Shown: positions 26,330-35,315 of the stretch, one piece after another
Layout of the letters: each line of letters opens with the position of its first letter
Numbering within the stretch: position 1 is the first letter of the stretch
Made by a program: the position numbers and the translations under genes
Notes under the pieces: generated by a model
Seen by the model: only the letters and a program-made list of their open reading frames with translations
Database searches by the model: none
What the model was told of the DNA's origin: nothing
NCBI GenBank assembly: GCA_032654565.1
Contig: JAULAX010000015.1
Span: 160,001-224,000, forward strand
DNA: 64,000 nucleotides
Direction: 5' to 3'
DNA from: Anaeromyxobacteraceae bacterium
Lineage (GTDB): Bacteria > Myxococcota > Myxococcia > Myxococcales > Anaeromyxobacteraceae

Positions 26330-27733
26330 ATGTCCGACTCCGAGCTGCAGCGCCGACCCGATGCCCCCGTCCCGCTTCGCGGGGCGCGCGACCTCCCGCA
26401 CAACGTCGAGGCCGAGCAGGCGGTGCTCGGCGCCGTGCTCATCGACGAGAACGCCTTCGACCTGGTGGCGGCGCTGCTCAAGACCGGCGACTTCTACCTG
26501 CTGGCCCACCAGCACGTCTACGCCGCGTGCGAGGAGCTGGCCAAGGAGGCGCAGACCATCGACCCGGTGATGGTGAACCACCGGCTCGGCGCCCGCGGCC
26601 TGCTCGGCACCGCGGTGCCGCGCGAGCTGGTCTTCTCGCTCTCGCGCAGCGTCGGCGTCGCCGCCAACGTCAACCACTACGCCCGGGTGGTGCAGGACCT
26701 CTCGCGCGGCCGCAAGATGATGCTCACCGCCCAGCGGGTGGTGGAGCAGGGCTACGAGTCGGGGGCCAACGTCCAGTCGTTCCTCGACGCCGCCCAGCAG
26801 GAGGTCTTCGGCGCCGCCCAGGGCACCTCCTCCGACACGCTCCGCCGCATCAAGGACCCGATGATGGCGGCGGTGGAGAACCTCGAGGCCATCCAGAAGC
26901 GGGTGGCCGAGGGGAAGTCCTTCATCACCGGCGTCCCCACCGGCTTCGCCTCGCTCGACAAGAACACCCTCGGCCTGCAGCCCGGCACCCTCTCGATCAT
27001 CGCGGCCCGCCCCTCGGTGGGCAAGACCGCCTTCGCCCTCAACCTGGCTGCCAACGCCGCGCTCAAGGGCAAGAAGGTGGCCTTCTTCTCGCTGGAGATG
27101 CCCTCCGACCAGCTGGCGCTGCGGCTGCTGGCCGCCGAGGCCAAGCTCGACTGGCGCAAGCTCTCGCAGGGGCAGCTGGGGCGCAACGAGTGGGACCGGA
27201 TCTTCCACCACGCCGAGCGCATCGCCGCCTCCAGCATCTGGCTCGACGACAACTTCGTGCTCACCCCGGTGGAGCTGCGCAGCAAGTGCCGCAAGATCCA
27301 GCGGGAGAGCGGCCTCGACCTGGTGCTGGTCGACTACCTGCAGCTCATGCACGCCCCCAGCGACCGGATGAACCAGTCGCGCGAGCAGGAGATCGCCACC
27401 ATCAGCCGCTCGCTCAAGGCGCTGGCCAACGAGCTGAAGATCCCCATCGTGGCGCTGTCGCAGCTCAACCGCGGCGTGGAGAAGCGCAAGGGGGAGCCGC
27501 CCATGCTCTCCGACCTGCGCGAGTCGGGCGCCATCGAGCAGGACGCCGACATCGTCATGTTCCTCCACCGCCAGGAGGAGGAGGACAAGGAGGCCGGGCC
27601 GCCCGGCGACACCCAGCAGGTGCAGCTGATCATCGCCAAGCAGCGGCAGGGGCCGATCGCCACCATCGACCTGGTCTTCTTCCGGACCAACACCTTCTTC
27701 GCCGAGATGGACCGCCGCCCCGGGCCGAACTGA
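26330..27733 (+). CDS. dnaB: Replicative DNA helicase
   Basis: PHNVEAEQAVLG, AARPSVGKT, FFSLEM, VDYLQLM, LSQLNR and SDLRESGAIEQDAD. Confidence 0.97.
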   Translation: MSDSELQRRPDAPVPLRGARDLPHNVEAEQAVLGAVLIDENAFDLVAALLKTGDFYLLAHQHVYAACEELAKEAQTIDPVMVNHRLGARGLLGTAVPRELVFSLSRSVGVAANVNHYARVVQDLSRGRKMMLTAQRVVEQGYESGANVQSFLDAAQQEVFGAAQGTSSDTLRRIKDPMMAAVENLEAIQKRVAEGKSFITGVPTGFASLDKNTLGLQPGTLSIIAARPSVGKTAFALNLAANAALKGKKVAFFSLEMPSDQLALRLLAAEAKLDWRKLSQGQLGRNEWDRIFHHAERIAASSIWLDDNFVLTPVELRSKCRKIQRESGLDLVLVDYLQLMHAPSDRMNQSREQEIATISRSLKALANELKIPIVALSQLNRGVEKRKGEPPMLSDLRESGAIEQDADIVMFLHRQEEEDKEAGPPGDTQQVQLIIAKQRQGPIATIDLVFFRTNTFFAEMDRRPGPN

Positions 27734-27754
27734 GTCGCGCGCCGGGCGAGCGGA

Positions 27755-28576
27755 TCAGCGCGAGGGCCGCTCCACCCGCTGCAGCAGGCGGCGACGCCGG
27801 CCACCCGGCGGTGCCCCCGACGACCGGGCCGCCGCGTCGAGGTAGCGCTCCACCAGCCGCTTGGCGCCGCGCACCGCCTCCTCCAGCGTGGCCCCGCGCG
27901 CCAGCAGCCCGGCCAGCGCCGCGGCCAGCCGGCAGCCGGTGCCGCGGGCCGTGCCCGGCCGCCGCCGCCCGGTGAAGCGGGTGACGCGCCGTCCCTCCAC
28001 CAGCAGGTCGAGCGGCGCCCCCTCGCGGTGCCCGCCCTTCACCAGCACCGCCCGGGCCCCCAGCGCCCGCGCCGCCGCCACCGCCGCCTCGTCGTCGCCG
28101 GTGGGGAGGCCGGTCAGCGCCCGCAGCTCCTCCAGGTTGGGGGTCACCACCCGGGCCCGGGCCAGCAGCGGCGCCAGGGTCTCGGCCGGCGAGCCGTCGG
28201 CGAGATCGAGCAGCAGCGTCCCCGACGAGGAGAGCAGCACCGGGTCGACCACCAGCGGGGCCCGGGCCAGGTCGCGGGCGGAGAGCCGCGCCGCCAGGGC
28301 GTGGGCCAGCGCCGCCGTGCCCAGCATGCCGGTCTTCACCGCGCCGGGGGGGCGGCCGCCGTCGAGCAGCGCGTCCACCTGGGCCAGCAGCAGCTCCACC
28401 GGCACCGGGCTCCAGCCGCGCACCCCGCCCGGCCCCTGGGCGGTGAGCGCCGCCGCCACCGGCCAGCCGCGCGCCCCGACCGCGCCGAGCGCCTCCAGGT
28501 CGGCGGCCAGCCCGGCGCCACCGCTGGGGTCGAGCCCGGCCACCAGCAGCACCCGGGCCTCCCCCTTCGCCTTCAT
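27755..28576 (-). CDS. thiD: Hydroxymethylpyrimidine/phosphomethylpyrimidine kinase
   Basis: AGLDPSGGAGLAAD, VKTGML, VVDPVL, VTPNLEE, VLVKGGH and GTGC. Confidence 0.85.
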   Translation of the reverse strand: MKAKGEARVLLVAGLDPSGGAGLAADLEALGAVGARGWPVAAALTAQGPGGVRGWSPVPVELLLAQVDALLDGGRPPGAVKTGMLGTAALAHALAARLSARDLARAPLVVDPVLLSSSGTLLLDLADGSPAETLAPLLARARVVTPNLEELRALTGLPTGDDEAAVAAARALGARAVLVKGGHREGAPLDLLVEGRRVTRFTGRRRPGTARGTGCRLAAALAGLLARGATLEEAVRGAKRLVERYLDAAARSSGAPPGGRRRRLLQRVERPSR

Positions 28577-28629
28577 GAACATCGGCCGCTCCTCGTCATC
28601 GCCCGCGCCTCGTCATCGGCCGCTCCGCT

Positions 28630-29346
28630 TCATCGGTTGCTCCTCGCCGTGGCCGCCGCCACCAGCCCGGCGTAGATGGCGGCGTGGCGCGGCTCATGGG
28701 GCGCCGCCGACTCCGGGTGCCACTGCACGCCCAGCACGAACGCCGGCCCCGGCAGCTCGACCGCCTCGATGACGCCGTCGGGGGCGCGGGCGGTGACCAC
28801 CAGCCCCCGGCCCGGCTCGCGCACCGCCTGGTGGTGCGTGGAGTTGACCATGAGTGTACCGGCGCCGACCAGGCCGGCCAGCCGGGTCCCGGGCTCCACC
28901 CGCACCGGGTGGCTGGGGGCGTCTTTGGGGGGCGGCTGCTCGTGGGTGGCGAGGCCGAGGTCGGTGGCCAGGTCCTGGTGGAGGGTGCCGCCGCGGGCCA
29001 CCGCCAGCAGCTGCATGCCGCCGCAGACCCCCAGCACCGGCAGCCCGCGCTCCAGCGCCAGCCGCAGCAGGGCCAGCTCGGCGGCGGTCCGCTCCGGCCG
29101 GGCCGGGCCGCAGGCGGGGCGGCGCGCCTCGCCGTAGAGCTCGGGGGGGACGTCGAAGGCGCCGCCGGTCACCACCAGCGCGTCGCAGAGGTCGAGCAGC
29201 GCCTGGGCGGCGCCCGGCTGGTGGGTGAGCGGCAGCGCCAGGCCGCCGGCGGCGTCGACGGCCTCGGCGTAGGCGCGCGGCAGCCGGTAGGCGGTGCCGG
29301 CCTGGTCGACGTCGAGCGTCAGGCCGACGCGGGGGCGCCGGGTCAT
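28630..29346 (-). CDS. Peptidase C26 / gamma-glutamyl-gamma-aminobutyrate hydrolase family
   Basis: LVVTGGAFD, PVLGVCGGMQLL, VNSTHHQAV and GVQWHPE; ATG overlaps the thiE stop. Confidence 0.9.
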   Translation of the reverse strand: MTRRPRVGLTLDVDQAGTAYRLPRAYAEAVDAAGGLALPLTHQPGAAQALLDLCDALVVTGGAFDVPPELYGEARRPACGPARPERTAAELALLRLALERGLPVLGVCGGMQLLAVARGGTLHQDLATDLGLATHEQPPPKDAPSHPVRVEPGTRLAGLVGAGTLMVNSTHHQAVREPGRGLVVTARAPDGVIEAVELPGPAFVLGVQWHPESAAPHEPRHAAIYAGLVAAATARSNR

Positions 29347-30011
29347 GGCCCCCGCCTCCCAGCGGCGAAGGCGGCGGCCAGCGCCGCGGCCTGCCGGCGC
29401 GGCGAGGGGTGATCGAAGAGGGCGCCGATGACGGCGGCGGCGGCGGCCCCGGCGGCGGCCACCGGCCCGATGGTGTCGAGGCCGATGCCGCCGATGGCCA
29501 CCACCGGGGCCGGGAGGGCGCGCGCCACCTCGGCCAGCAGGGCCAGGCCGCGCGGCGGCTCGAGGATGCGCTTGCTGGAGGTGGCGAAGACCGGGCCGAA
29601 GCCGACGTGGTCGGCCCCCGCGGCCAGGGCCTCGAGCCCGTCGCCGAGGGTGCGGGTGGAGCGCCCCACCAGCAGGTCGGGGCCGACCACCGCCCGCGCC
29701 GCCGCCACCGGCAGGTCCTCCTCGCCGACGTGGACCCCGTCGGCGCCGGCCAGCGCCGCCAGGTCGGCCCGGTCGTTGACCAGCACCAGGGCGCGCCCGC
29801 CGGCCAGGGCCACCAGGCCCCGGGCCAGCTCCAGCAGCTCGCCGGCCGGGCGGTCTTTCACTCGCAGTTGAAGGACCTCGGCGCCGCCGGCCAGGGCCTC
29901 GGCCGCCTCGGCGAGCGGGTCGGCGCCGCCCACCAGGGCGTAGAGCCCCCGCAGCCGCTCCAGCCTGGAGGAGCGCGCCGCCGAGTCCGGGAGCGTGGTG
30001 ACACGAGCCAT
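29343..30011 (-). CDS. thiE: Thiamine-phosphate synthase
   Basis: LQLRVK, VNDRAD, GVHVGEED, GRST, GPVFATSSK and VAIGGI. Confidence 0.9.
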   Translation of the reverse strand: MARVTTLPDSAARSSRLERLRGLYALVGGADPLAEAAEALAGGAEVLQLRVKDRPAGELLELARGLVALAGGRALVLVNDRADLAALAGADGVHVGEEDLPVAAARAVVGPDLLVGRSTRTLGDGLEALAAGADHVGFGPVFATSSKRILEPPRGLALLAEVARALPAPVVAIGGIGLDTIGPVAAAGAAAAAVIGALFDHPSPRRQAAALAAAFAAGRRGP

Positions 30012-30033
30012 CGTTTGGGGGGTACCACGTGGC

Positions 30034-30063
30034 TTGACGGGCCAGCAAGCCGCCGCATATGTT
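30034..30063 (+). promoter_or_regulatory. Sigma70-type promoter
   Basis: TTGACG-N18-TATGTT upstream of the 30110 gene. Confidence 0.5.
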
Positions 30064-30109
30064 CCGCCCCTCTTCACGATTCCCAGAGCGCTTCACGAGG
30101 TTCGAGAAC

Positions 30110-30298
30110 ATGTCCGAGACGTTCGAGAGCAAGCTGATCGACCGGCGCGTGGTGAAGCGCTACGTGCGCAAGGGAGTCGTCGACGAGAAGGACTACGCCG
30201 CCTTCCTCAAGGCCCTCCCCGACCTGGCCGACCAGGCGCTGCCGGTGGAGTCGGCCATGGACAACCAGTTCGACGACGACCTGGACGACGAGGGCTGA
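30110..30298 (+). CDS. Small hypothetical protein with acidic tail
   Basis: MSETFESKLIDRRVVKRYVRKG...LPDLA; good codon bias; 1 nt before the protease gene. Confidence 0.75.
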   Translation: MSETFESKLIDRRVVKRYVRKGVVDEKDYAAFLKALPDLADQALPVESAMDNQFDDDLDDEG

Positions 30299-30299
30299 G

Positions 30300-31667
30300 G
30301 TGAACCGGGCCCGGCCCCTCCTCGCCGCGGCCTGCCTGCTCGCCGCCACCGCCGCCGGCGCCCGCGCCCGCGAGGTGCTCCCGCGCGGCGAGGCCACGCC
30401 CGCCGCCAGCCGCCGCACCCCGGTGGTGGCCGCGGTGGAGCGGATCCGCGGCGCCGTGGTCAACGTCGCCGCCGAGGAGCTGGTCCGCATCCGCGTCCCC
30501 TCCAGGCAGGGGGCCAGCGACGACCTCTTCGGCTTCTTCGAGCACCCCCGCTACCGCAAGGGCTACGCCGTCACCTCGCTCGGCTCCGGGGTGATCGTCT
30601 CGCCCGACGGCTACGTCCTCACCAACAACCACGTGGTGGAGCGCGGGGCCCGTTTCAGGGTCGGCCTGGTGGACGGCCGCGAGCTGACCGCCAAGCTGAT
30701 CGGCACCGACTCCTCCTCCGACCTGGCGGTGCTCAAGCTGGAGACCCGCGAGAAGGTGCCGTCCGTCCCCATCGGCCGCTCCGACGAGCTGCTCATCGGC
30801 GAGACGGTGATCGCCATCGGCAACCCCTTCGGCCTGGCCAGCACCGTCACCACCGGGGTGGTCTCGGCGCTGCACCGCAACTTCAAGGCCGGCGACCGCA
30901 CCCTCTTCGACTTCATCCAGACCGACGCCTCCATCAACCCCGGCAACTCCGGCGGCCCGCTGCTCGACGTCGAGGGGCGGCTCATCGGCATCAACACCGC
31001 CATCCTCGGCGACCGGAGCGCCGGCATCGGCTTCGCCATCCCCATCGACCGGGCCCGGCGCATCGCCGAGGACCTGATCGAGCACGGCGAGGTGCGCGAG
31101 GGCTACCTGGGCGCCAGCGTCGCCGACCTGCCGGCGCGCGAGGGGGCGGTGGCCGGCAGCAGCGGCGGGGTCCAGGTGACCGGCGTCGATCCCGGCTCGC
31201 CGGCCGAGAAGGCCGGGGTGCGGCGCGGCGACCTGGTCGAGGCGGTGGACGGCGTGGTGCCGGAGGGGGCCGAGGAGTTCCGCTTCCGGCTGCGCGATCT
31301 CGCCATCGGCGGCAGCGCCCGGCTCGAGCTGAAGCGCGGCGGCCAGCGGCTCACCGTCACCGTGCCGGCGGTGGAGCTGACCCCGCAGCGGGTCGAGCAG
31401 CTGGTGCAGCGGCGGGTGGGGGTGGCGCTGGAGGAGGCCAAGGCCACCGGCGGCGTGGTGCTGGCGGTGCGGACCGTCACCAAGGGGACCCCGGCCGCCA
31501 AGGTCGGGCTGCAGAAGGGCGACCTGGTGCGCGAGGTGAACGGCGTCGAGGTGGCCAGCCTGGACGAGTTCCGCCGGGCCGCCGGGGCGGCGCGGCGCAC
31601 CGGGCAGCTGGTGCTGCTGGTGCAGCGCGGCTACGCCGCCGAGCGGATCGCCTTCGACCTCGACTAG
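30300..31667 (+). CDS. HtrA/DegP-family serine protease with two PDZ domains
   Basis: LGSGVIV, LTNNHV, DLAVLK, AIGNPFG and IQTDASINPGNSGGPL. Confidence 0.95.
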   Translation: MNRARPLLAAACLLAATAAGARAREVLPRGEATPAASRRTPVVAAVERIRGAVVNVAAEELVRIRVPSRQGASDDLFGFFEHPRYRKGYAVTSLGSGVIVSPDGYVLTNNHVVERGARFRVGLVDGRELTAKLIGTDSSSDLAVLKLETREKVPSVPIGRSDELLIGETVIAIGNPFGLASTVTTGVVSALHRNFKAGDRTLFDFIQTDASINPGNSGGPLLDVEGRLIGINTAILGDRSAGIGFAIPIDRARRIAEDLIEHGEVREGYLGASVADLPAREGAVAGSSGGVQVTGVDPGSPAEKAGVRRGDLVEAVDGVVPEGAEEFRFRLRDLAIGGSARLELKRGGQRLTVTVPAVELTPQRVEQLVQRRVGVALEEAKATGGVVLAVRTVTKGTPAAKVGLQKGDLVREVNGVEVASLDEFRRAAGAARRTGQLVLLVQRGYAAERIAFDLD

Positions 31668-32293
31668 TCGCCCGCGGAGGCCGCCGCCGGGTTGCGGCGC
31701 GGCGGCGTCACCCGGCGCAGCCGGCTCCGGTCCAGGTGGTGGAACGACTCGCTCCGCCTGCTGATCCGCAGCACCGTGTCCTGCTCGTAGCCGATGGTGC
31801 CGTCGTCGTGGGCGGTCACGGTGATGGTGTACTGGGTGGTGGTGAAGTGCTCGTCGAGGAACGGCGCCGAGACGATGCCCGCGGTCGGCGAGCCGAGCGT
31901 GGCCTTGACCGTGAAGCTGCGGTCCCCGGCCGCGGCGCGCCCGCTGGCCAGCGCCACCTGGCCGCGGGGGATGGCCAGGGTCTGCAGCAGCGCGCCGGTC
32001 TCCGGCTCCCAGAGCCAGTAGCCGACCTGGTCGTGGAAGGTGAGCGGCTCGTCGAGCTTGTTGACGTGCTGGTGGTAGCGCAGGCCGTAGAGCAGCTGGG
32101 GACCGTTGGCCTGCGGGTCGATGGGCTTGAAGACGATCCGCTCCCGGTAGGGCTCGTCCTCCGTCCCCTCGGCCACCGGGTGGGTGTCGACGCCCTCGCC
32201 CTCCCAGGTGCCGGCCAGCGCCGCCAGCGGGCCGAGGTGGCGGAGCGTCTCCATGTCGATCTCGGCGGGCTCGGTGTAGATGTCGCGGGCCAT
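31664..32293 (-). CDS. Nitrobindin/THAP4-like heme-binding beta-barrel (DUF1794-like)
   Basis: LGPLAALAGTWEGEG, FHDQVGYWLW and terminal FHHLDRSRL; AAGGAG RBS. Confidence 0.85.
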   Translation of the reverse strand: MARDIYTEPAEIDMETLRHLGPLAALAGTWEGEGVDTHPVAEGTEDEPYRERIVFKPIDPQANGPQLLYGLRYHQHVNKLDEPLTFHDQVGYWLWEPETGALLQTLAIPRGQVALASGRAAAGDRSFTVKATLGSPTAGIVSAPFLDEHFTTTQYTITVTAHDDGTIGYEQDTVLRISRRSESFHHLDRSRLRRVTPPRRNPAAASAGD

Positions 32294-32386
32294 GGCGGCG
32301 CTCCTTGGGGTGCGGCGGAGGCCGGATGCTAGCACCGGCCGCGGACCTTGCTATCCTCCCGGTCACGCCACGAAAAGGAGCCCCCC

Positions 32387-32653
32387 GTGCCCGAGCCCCG
32401 CACCGCCGTCGACTTCTACACCTTCATCCTCTCGCTCGGCTCGTCGGTGCTGGTCCACCTCGGCGACGCGCCCCACCCGGAGACCGGGAAGGCGGGCGAG
32501 AAGAACCTGGCGCTGGCGCAGCAGAGCATCGAGATCCTGGCCATGCTGGAGCAGAAGACCCGCGGCAACCTCTCGCCCGAGGAGGCCAAGCTGCTCGACC
32601 AGCTGCTGCTCGACCTCAAGCTCAGGTACGTGGAGGCGAGCAAGACCAAGTGA
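32387..32653 (+). CDS. DUF1844 domain protein
   Basis: FILSL, LG..PHP, AQQSIEILAMLEQKTRGNL and LKLRYV; AAGGAG RBS before GTG. Confidence 0.85.
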   Translation: MPEPRTAVDFYTFILSLGSSVLVHLGDAPHPETGKAGEKNLALAQQSIEILAMLEQKTRGNLSPEEAKLLDQLLLDLKLRYVEASKTK

Positions 32654-32698
32654 GCGGGTGAGGAGGCGAGCGGGAGGAAGTGAAGGTCGGGCCGCGGG

Positions 32699-32761
32699 GG
32701 AGAAGGTGACGCGGGGGCCGTGAGCTGCGCCGGAGAAGGTGACGCGGGGGCCGTGAGCTGC
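32699..32761 (+). repeat. 33-bp tandem duplication in intergenic DNA
   Basis: GGAGAAGGTGACGCGGGGGCCGTGAGCTGC at 32699 and 32732. Confidence 0.9.
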
Positions 32762-32852
32762 TGCTGGGTCCTTGAGAGGTTGCTGGCCGTGTCGGACCTG
32801 GAGCGGGGTCCCGTGCTGGAGGGTTCGGATTCCGCCGAGCGAAGCTCGGCGG

Positions 32853-33125
32853 CTATAGCCCCGCCTGCAGCATGGCGTCGGCGAGCCGCCGGATCAGCTC
32901 GCGCCGCACCACCCGCCGGGTCCGCGACAGGGCGTTGGGGTCGCGCCGGGCCTGGCTCCCCACCCGCCGGCGCGCCGCCTCGACGATCCAGGCGATGCGG
33001 CGCGGGTCGAGCCGCGGCGCCCGGGAGCTCTCCTCGAGGAAGAACCCGAGCCCGCGGCCATCGAGCGTGCTGTGGAGGGCTCGCCGGGCCTGGCTGACGA
33101 GCGTGAGGTCGACGACGTTCGGCAC
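32853..33125 (-). CDS. Small basic hypothetical protein
   Basis: 90 aa, GTG start, GC3-biased, ends AMLQAGL. Confidence 0.65.
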   Translation of the reverse strand: MPNVVDLTLVSQARRALHSTLDGRGLGFFLEESSRAPRLDPRRIAWIVEAARRRVGSQARRDPNALSRTRRVVRRELIRRLADAMLQAGL

Positions 33126-33177
33126 GCCGCGATCTGTAGGATCGATCGCCGGGGCGATCCAATTTTCTGCGGCGCGA

Positions 33178-33849
33178 CTAAAATTGGACTTTGCCGAGCA
33201 GCGCGGATCTCAGGAAAGGCTCTCTGGCAGCGATATCGCGCAGGTACGGCAGCGTCGCCAGCACCGGGGCGCCGGTGAGCTTCTCGATCTCGGCGGCGTT
33301 GTGCGGCACCGACGGATCGTCCTCGGGCCCGGTCCGGTTGAGCACCAGGCCGGCCACCGCCAGGCCGCGCGCGCGCAGCGCCTCCACGGTCAGCGCCGCG
33401 TGGTTCACCGTGCCCAGCCCGGCCCGGGCCACCACCAGCACCGGCAGGCCGAGCGCCACCGCCAGGTCGGCGTAGGTCTCCGTCGGGGTCAGCGGCACCA
33501 GCAGGCCGCCCGCCCCCTCCACCACCAGCGCCGCGTGGCGCGAGGCCAGCGCCCGGGCCGCCTCGAGGAGGCGCGCCAGCGAGATCTCCACGCCGGCCAG
33601 CCGGGCCGCCACCCCCGGCGCCAGCGGCGCCTCGAACTCATACGGGCAGACCAGCTCGAAGGGATCGCCGCCGCCGGCCGCGGCCCGCAGCCGGACCGCG
33701 TCGCTCGGCTCGCCTGCGGTGACGCCGGACTGGGCCGGCTTCATGGCCCCGACGTCCAGCCCGGCCGCCCGCGCCCCGCTCACCAGGGCGCAGGCCACCT
33801 CGGTCTTGCCCACCCCGGTGTCGGTGGCGGTGACGAAGAGGCCGCGCAT
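33178..33849 (-). CDS. bioD: Dethiobiotin synthase
   Basis: LFVTATDTGVGKT, MKPAQSG, VVEGAGGLLVP and LGTVNH. Confidence 0.95.
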   Translation of the reverse strand: MRGLFVTATDTGVGKTEVACALVSGARAAGLDVGAMKPAQSGVTAGEPSDAVRLRAAAGGGDPFELVCPYEFEAPLAPGVAARLAGVEISLARLLEAARALASRHAALVVEGAGGLLVPLTPTETYADLAVALGLPVLVVARAGLGTVNHAALTVEALRARGLAVAGLVLNRTGPEDDPSVPHNAAEIEKLTGAPVLATLPYLRDIAAREPFLRSALLGKVQF

Positions 33850-33854
33850 GCGGG

Positions 33855-35243
33855 TCACCCGAGCCGGGCGGTGACGGCCTCGACGCCGTCGCCCACCACC
33901 GCCGCCAGCCGCTCCAGCTGGTCCACGGTCATGGCCAGCGGCGGCATCAGCACCACCACGTTGCCGAGCGGCCGCAGCAGCACCCCGGCCCGGCGCGCCT
34001 CCAGGCAGACCTGGTGCCCGACCCGGAGCGGGTAGTCGTACTCGGCCTTGGTGTCCCGGTCGCGCACCAGCTCCACCCCCACCATCAGGCCGCGCTGGCG
34101 GATCTCGCCGACGTGCCGGTGGCCGGCCAGCGGCCGGAGCGCCGCGGCCAGCGCCTCGATCTTCACCGGCAGCCCCTCGATGATCCGCTGCTCGCGGAAC
34201 AGCCTCATCGAGGCGGTGGCCACCGCGCAGGCCAGCGGGTTGCCGGCGTAGGTGTGGCCGTGGAAGAAGGTGCGCTTCGACTCGAACGGCCCCAGGAACG
34301 ACTCGAAGATGGTCTCGGTGGTGAGCGTGGCGGCCAGCGGCAGGTAGCCGCCGGTCAGCCCCTTGGCGATGGTCATGATGTCCGGGACCACCCCCTCCTG
34401 CTCCACCGCGAAGGTGGTGCCGGTGCGCCCCCAGCCGGTGGCCACCTCGTCGCAGACCAGCAGCGCCCCGTGGCGGTCGCAGAGCTCGCGCAGCCGGCGC
34501 AGGTACCCGGGCGGCTGGGTGATCATGCCGTCGGCCCCCTGCACCAGCGGCTCCACCACCAGCGCCGCGATCTTCCCGGGGCGGGCCAGGAAGATCGCCT
34601 CGACCTCGCCGGCGCAGGCCATGGCGCAGCCGGGCAGCGCCTTCCCCAGCGGGCAGCGGTAGCAGTAGGGCTGCGGGGCGTGGTGCACGTCGAAGAGCAG
34701 CGGCTTGAAGATGCGGTGGAACAGGTCGATGCCGCCCACCGAGACCGACCCGATGGTGTCGCCGTGGTAGCCGCCGGCGATCGACACGAACTCGCTCCGG
34801 GCCAGGTCGCCGCGCAGCTGGAAGTGCTGGTAGGCCAGCTTGATGGCGATCTCGACGGCGGTGGCGCCGGCGTCGGAGAAGAAGACCCGGGTCAGCGCCG
34901 CCGGGACGTGGCGAACCAGCTCCTCGGCGCACTCGATGGAGGCGGTGGAGCCGAGGCCGAGCAGGGTGGAGTGGGCGATGAGGTCGAGCTGGGCCCGCAG
35001 GGCGTCGTCGAGCGCCGGCACCCGGTGGCCGTGGACGTTGCACCAGAGCGAGGAGACGCCGTCGAGGTAGCGCCGCCCCAGGGTGTCGATCAGCTCGACG
35101 CCCTCGGCCCGGTCGATGATGAGCGGGTCCTCGGCCAGCCAGTCCTGCATCTGCGTGAAGGGGTGCCAGAGGTGGCGGTGGTCGGCGGCGGCCAGCCGCT
35201 GGTGGCGGGCGAGCCGCGCGGCTTCGGTGAGGGGTTCCTTCAT
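33855..35243 (-). CDS. bioA: Adenosylmethionine-8-amino-7-oxononanoate aminotransferase
   Basis: LWHPFTQM, SSLWCNVHGH, YHGDT, DEVATGWGRTG, AKGLTGGYLPL and HGHTYAGNP. Confidence 0.95.
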   Translation of the reverse strand: MKEPLTEAARLARHQRLAAADHRHLWHPFTQMQDWLAEDPLIIDRAEGVELIDTLGRRYLDGVSSLWCNVHGHRVPALDDALRAQLDLIAHSTLLGLGSTASIECAEELVRHVPAALTRVFFSDAGATAVEIAIKLAYQHFQLRGDLARSEFVSIAGGYHGDTIGSVSVGGIDLFHRIFKPLLFDVHHAPQPYCYRCPLGKALPGCAMACAGEVEAIFLARPGKIAALVVEPLVQGADGMITQPPGYLRRLRELCDRHGALLVCDEVATGWGRTGTTFAVEQEGVVPDIMTIAKGLTGGYLPLAATLTTETIFESFLGPFESKRTFFHGHTYAGNPLACAVATASMRLFREQRIIEGLPVKIEALAAALRPLAGHRHVGEIRQRGLMVGVELVRDRDTKAEYDYPLRVGHQVCLEARRAGVLLRPLGNVVVLMPPLAMTVDQLERLAAVVGDGVEAVTARLG

Positions 35244-35315
35244 GAGGTGGGCAGGCTATCGCGGCGCGGCGCGGCGTGAAAGCGCGGCGTCGGGCGGAGC
35301 CGGCGCCAGCAGGAG

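Noticed and set aside
30012..30109. TPP riboswitch upstream of thiE
   Set aside because: No CTGAGA-type core seen; the region holds a divergent promoter.
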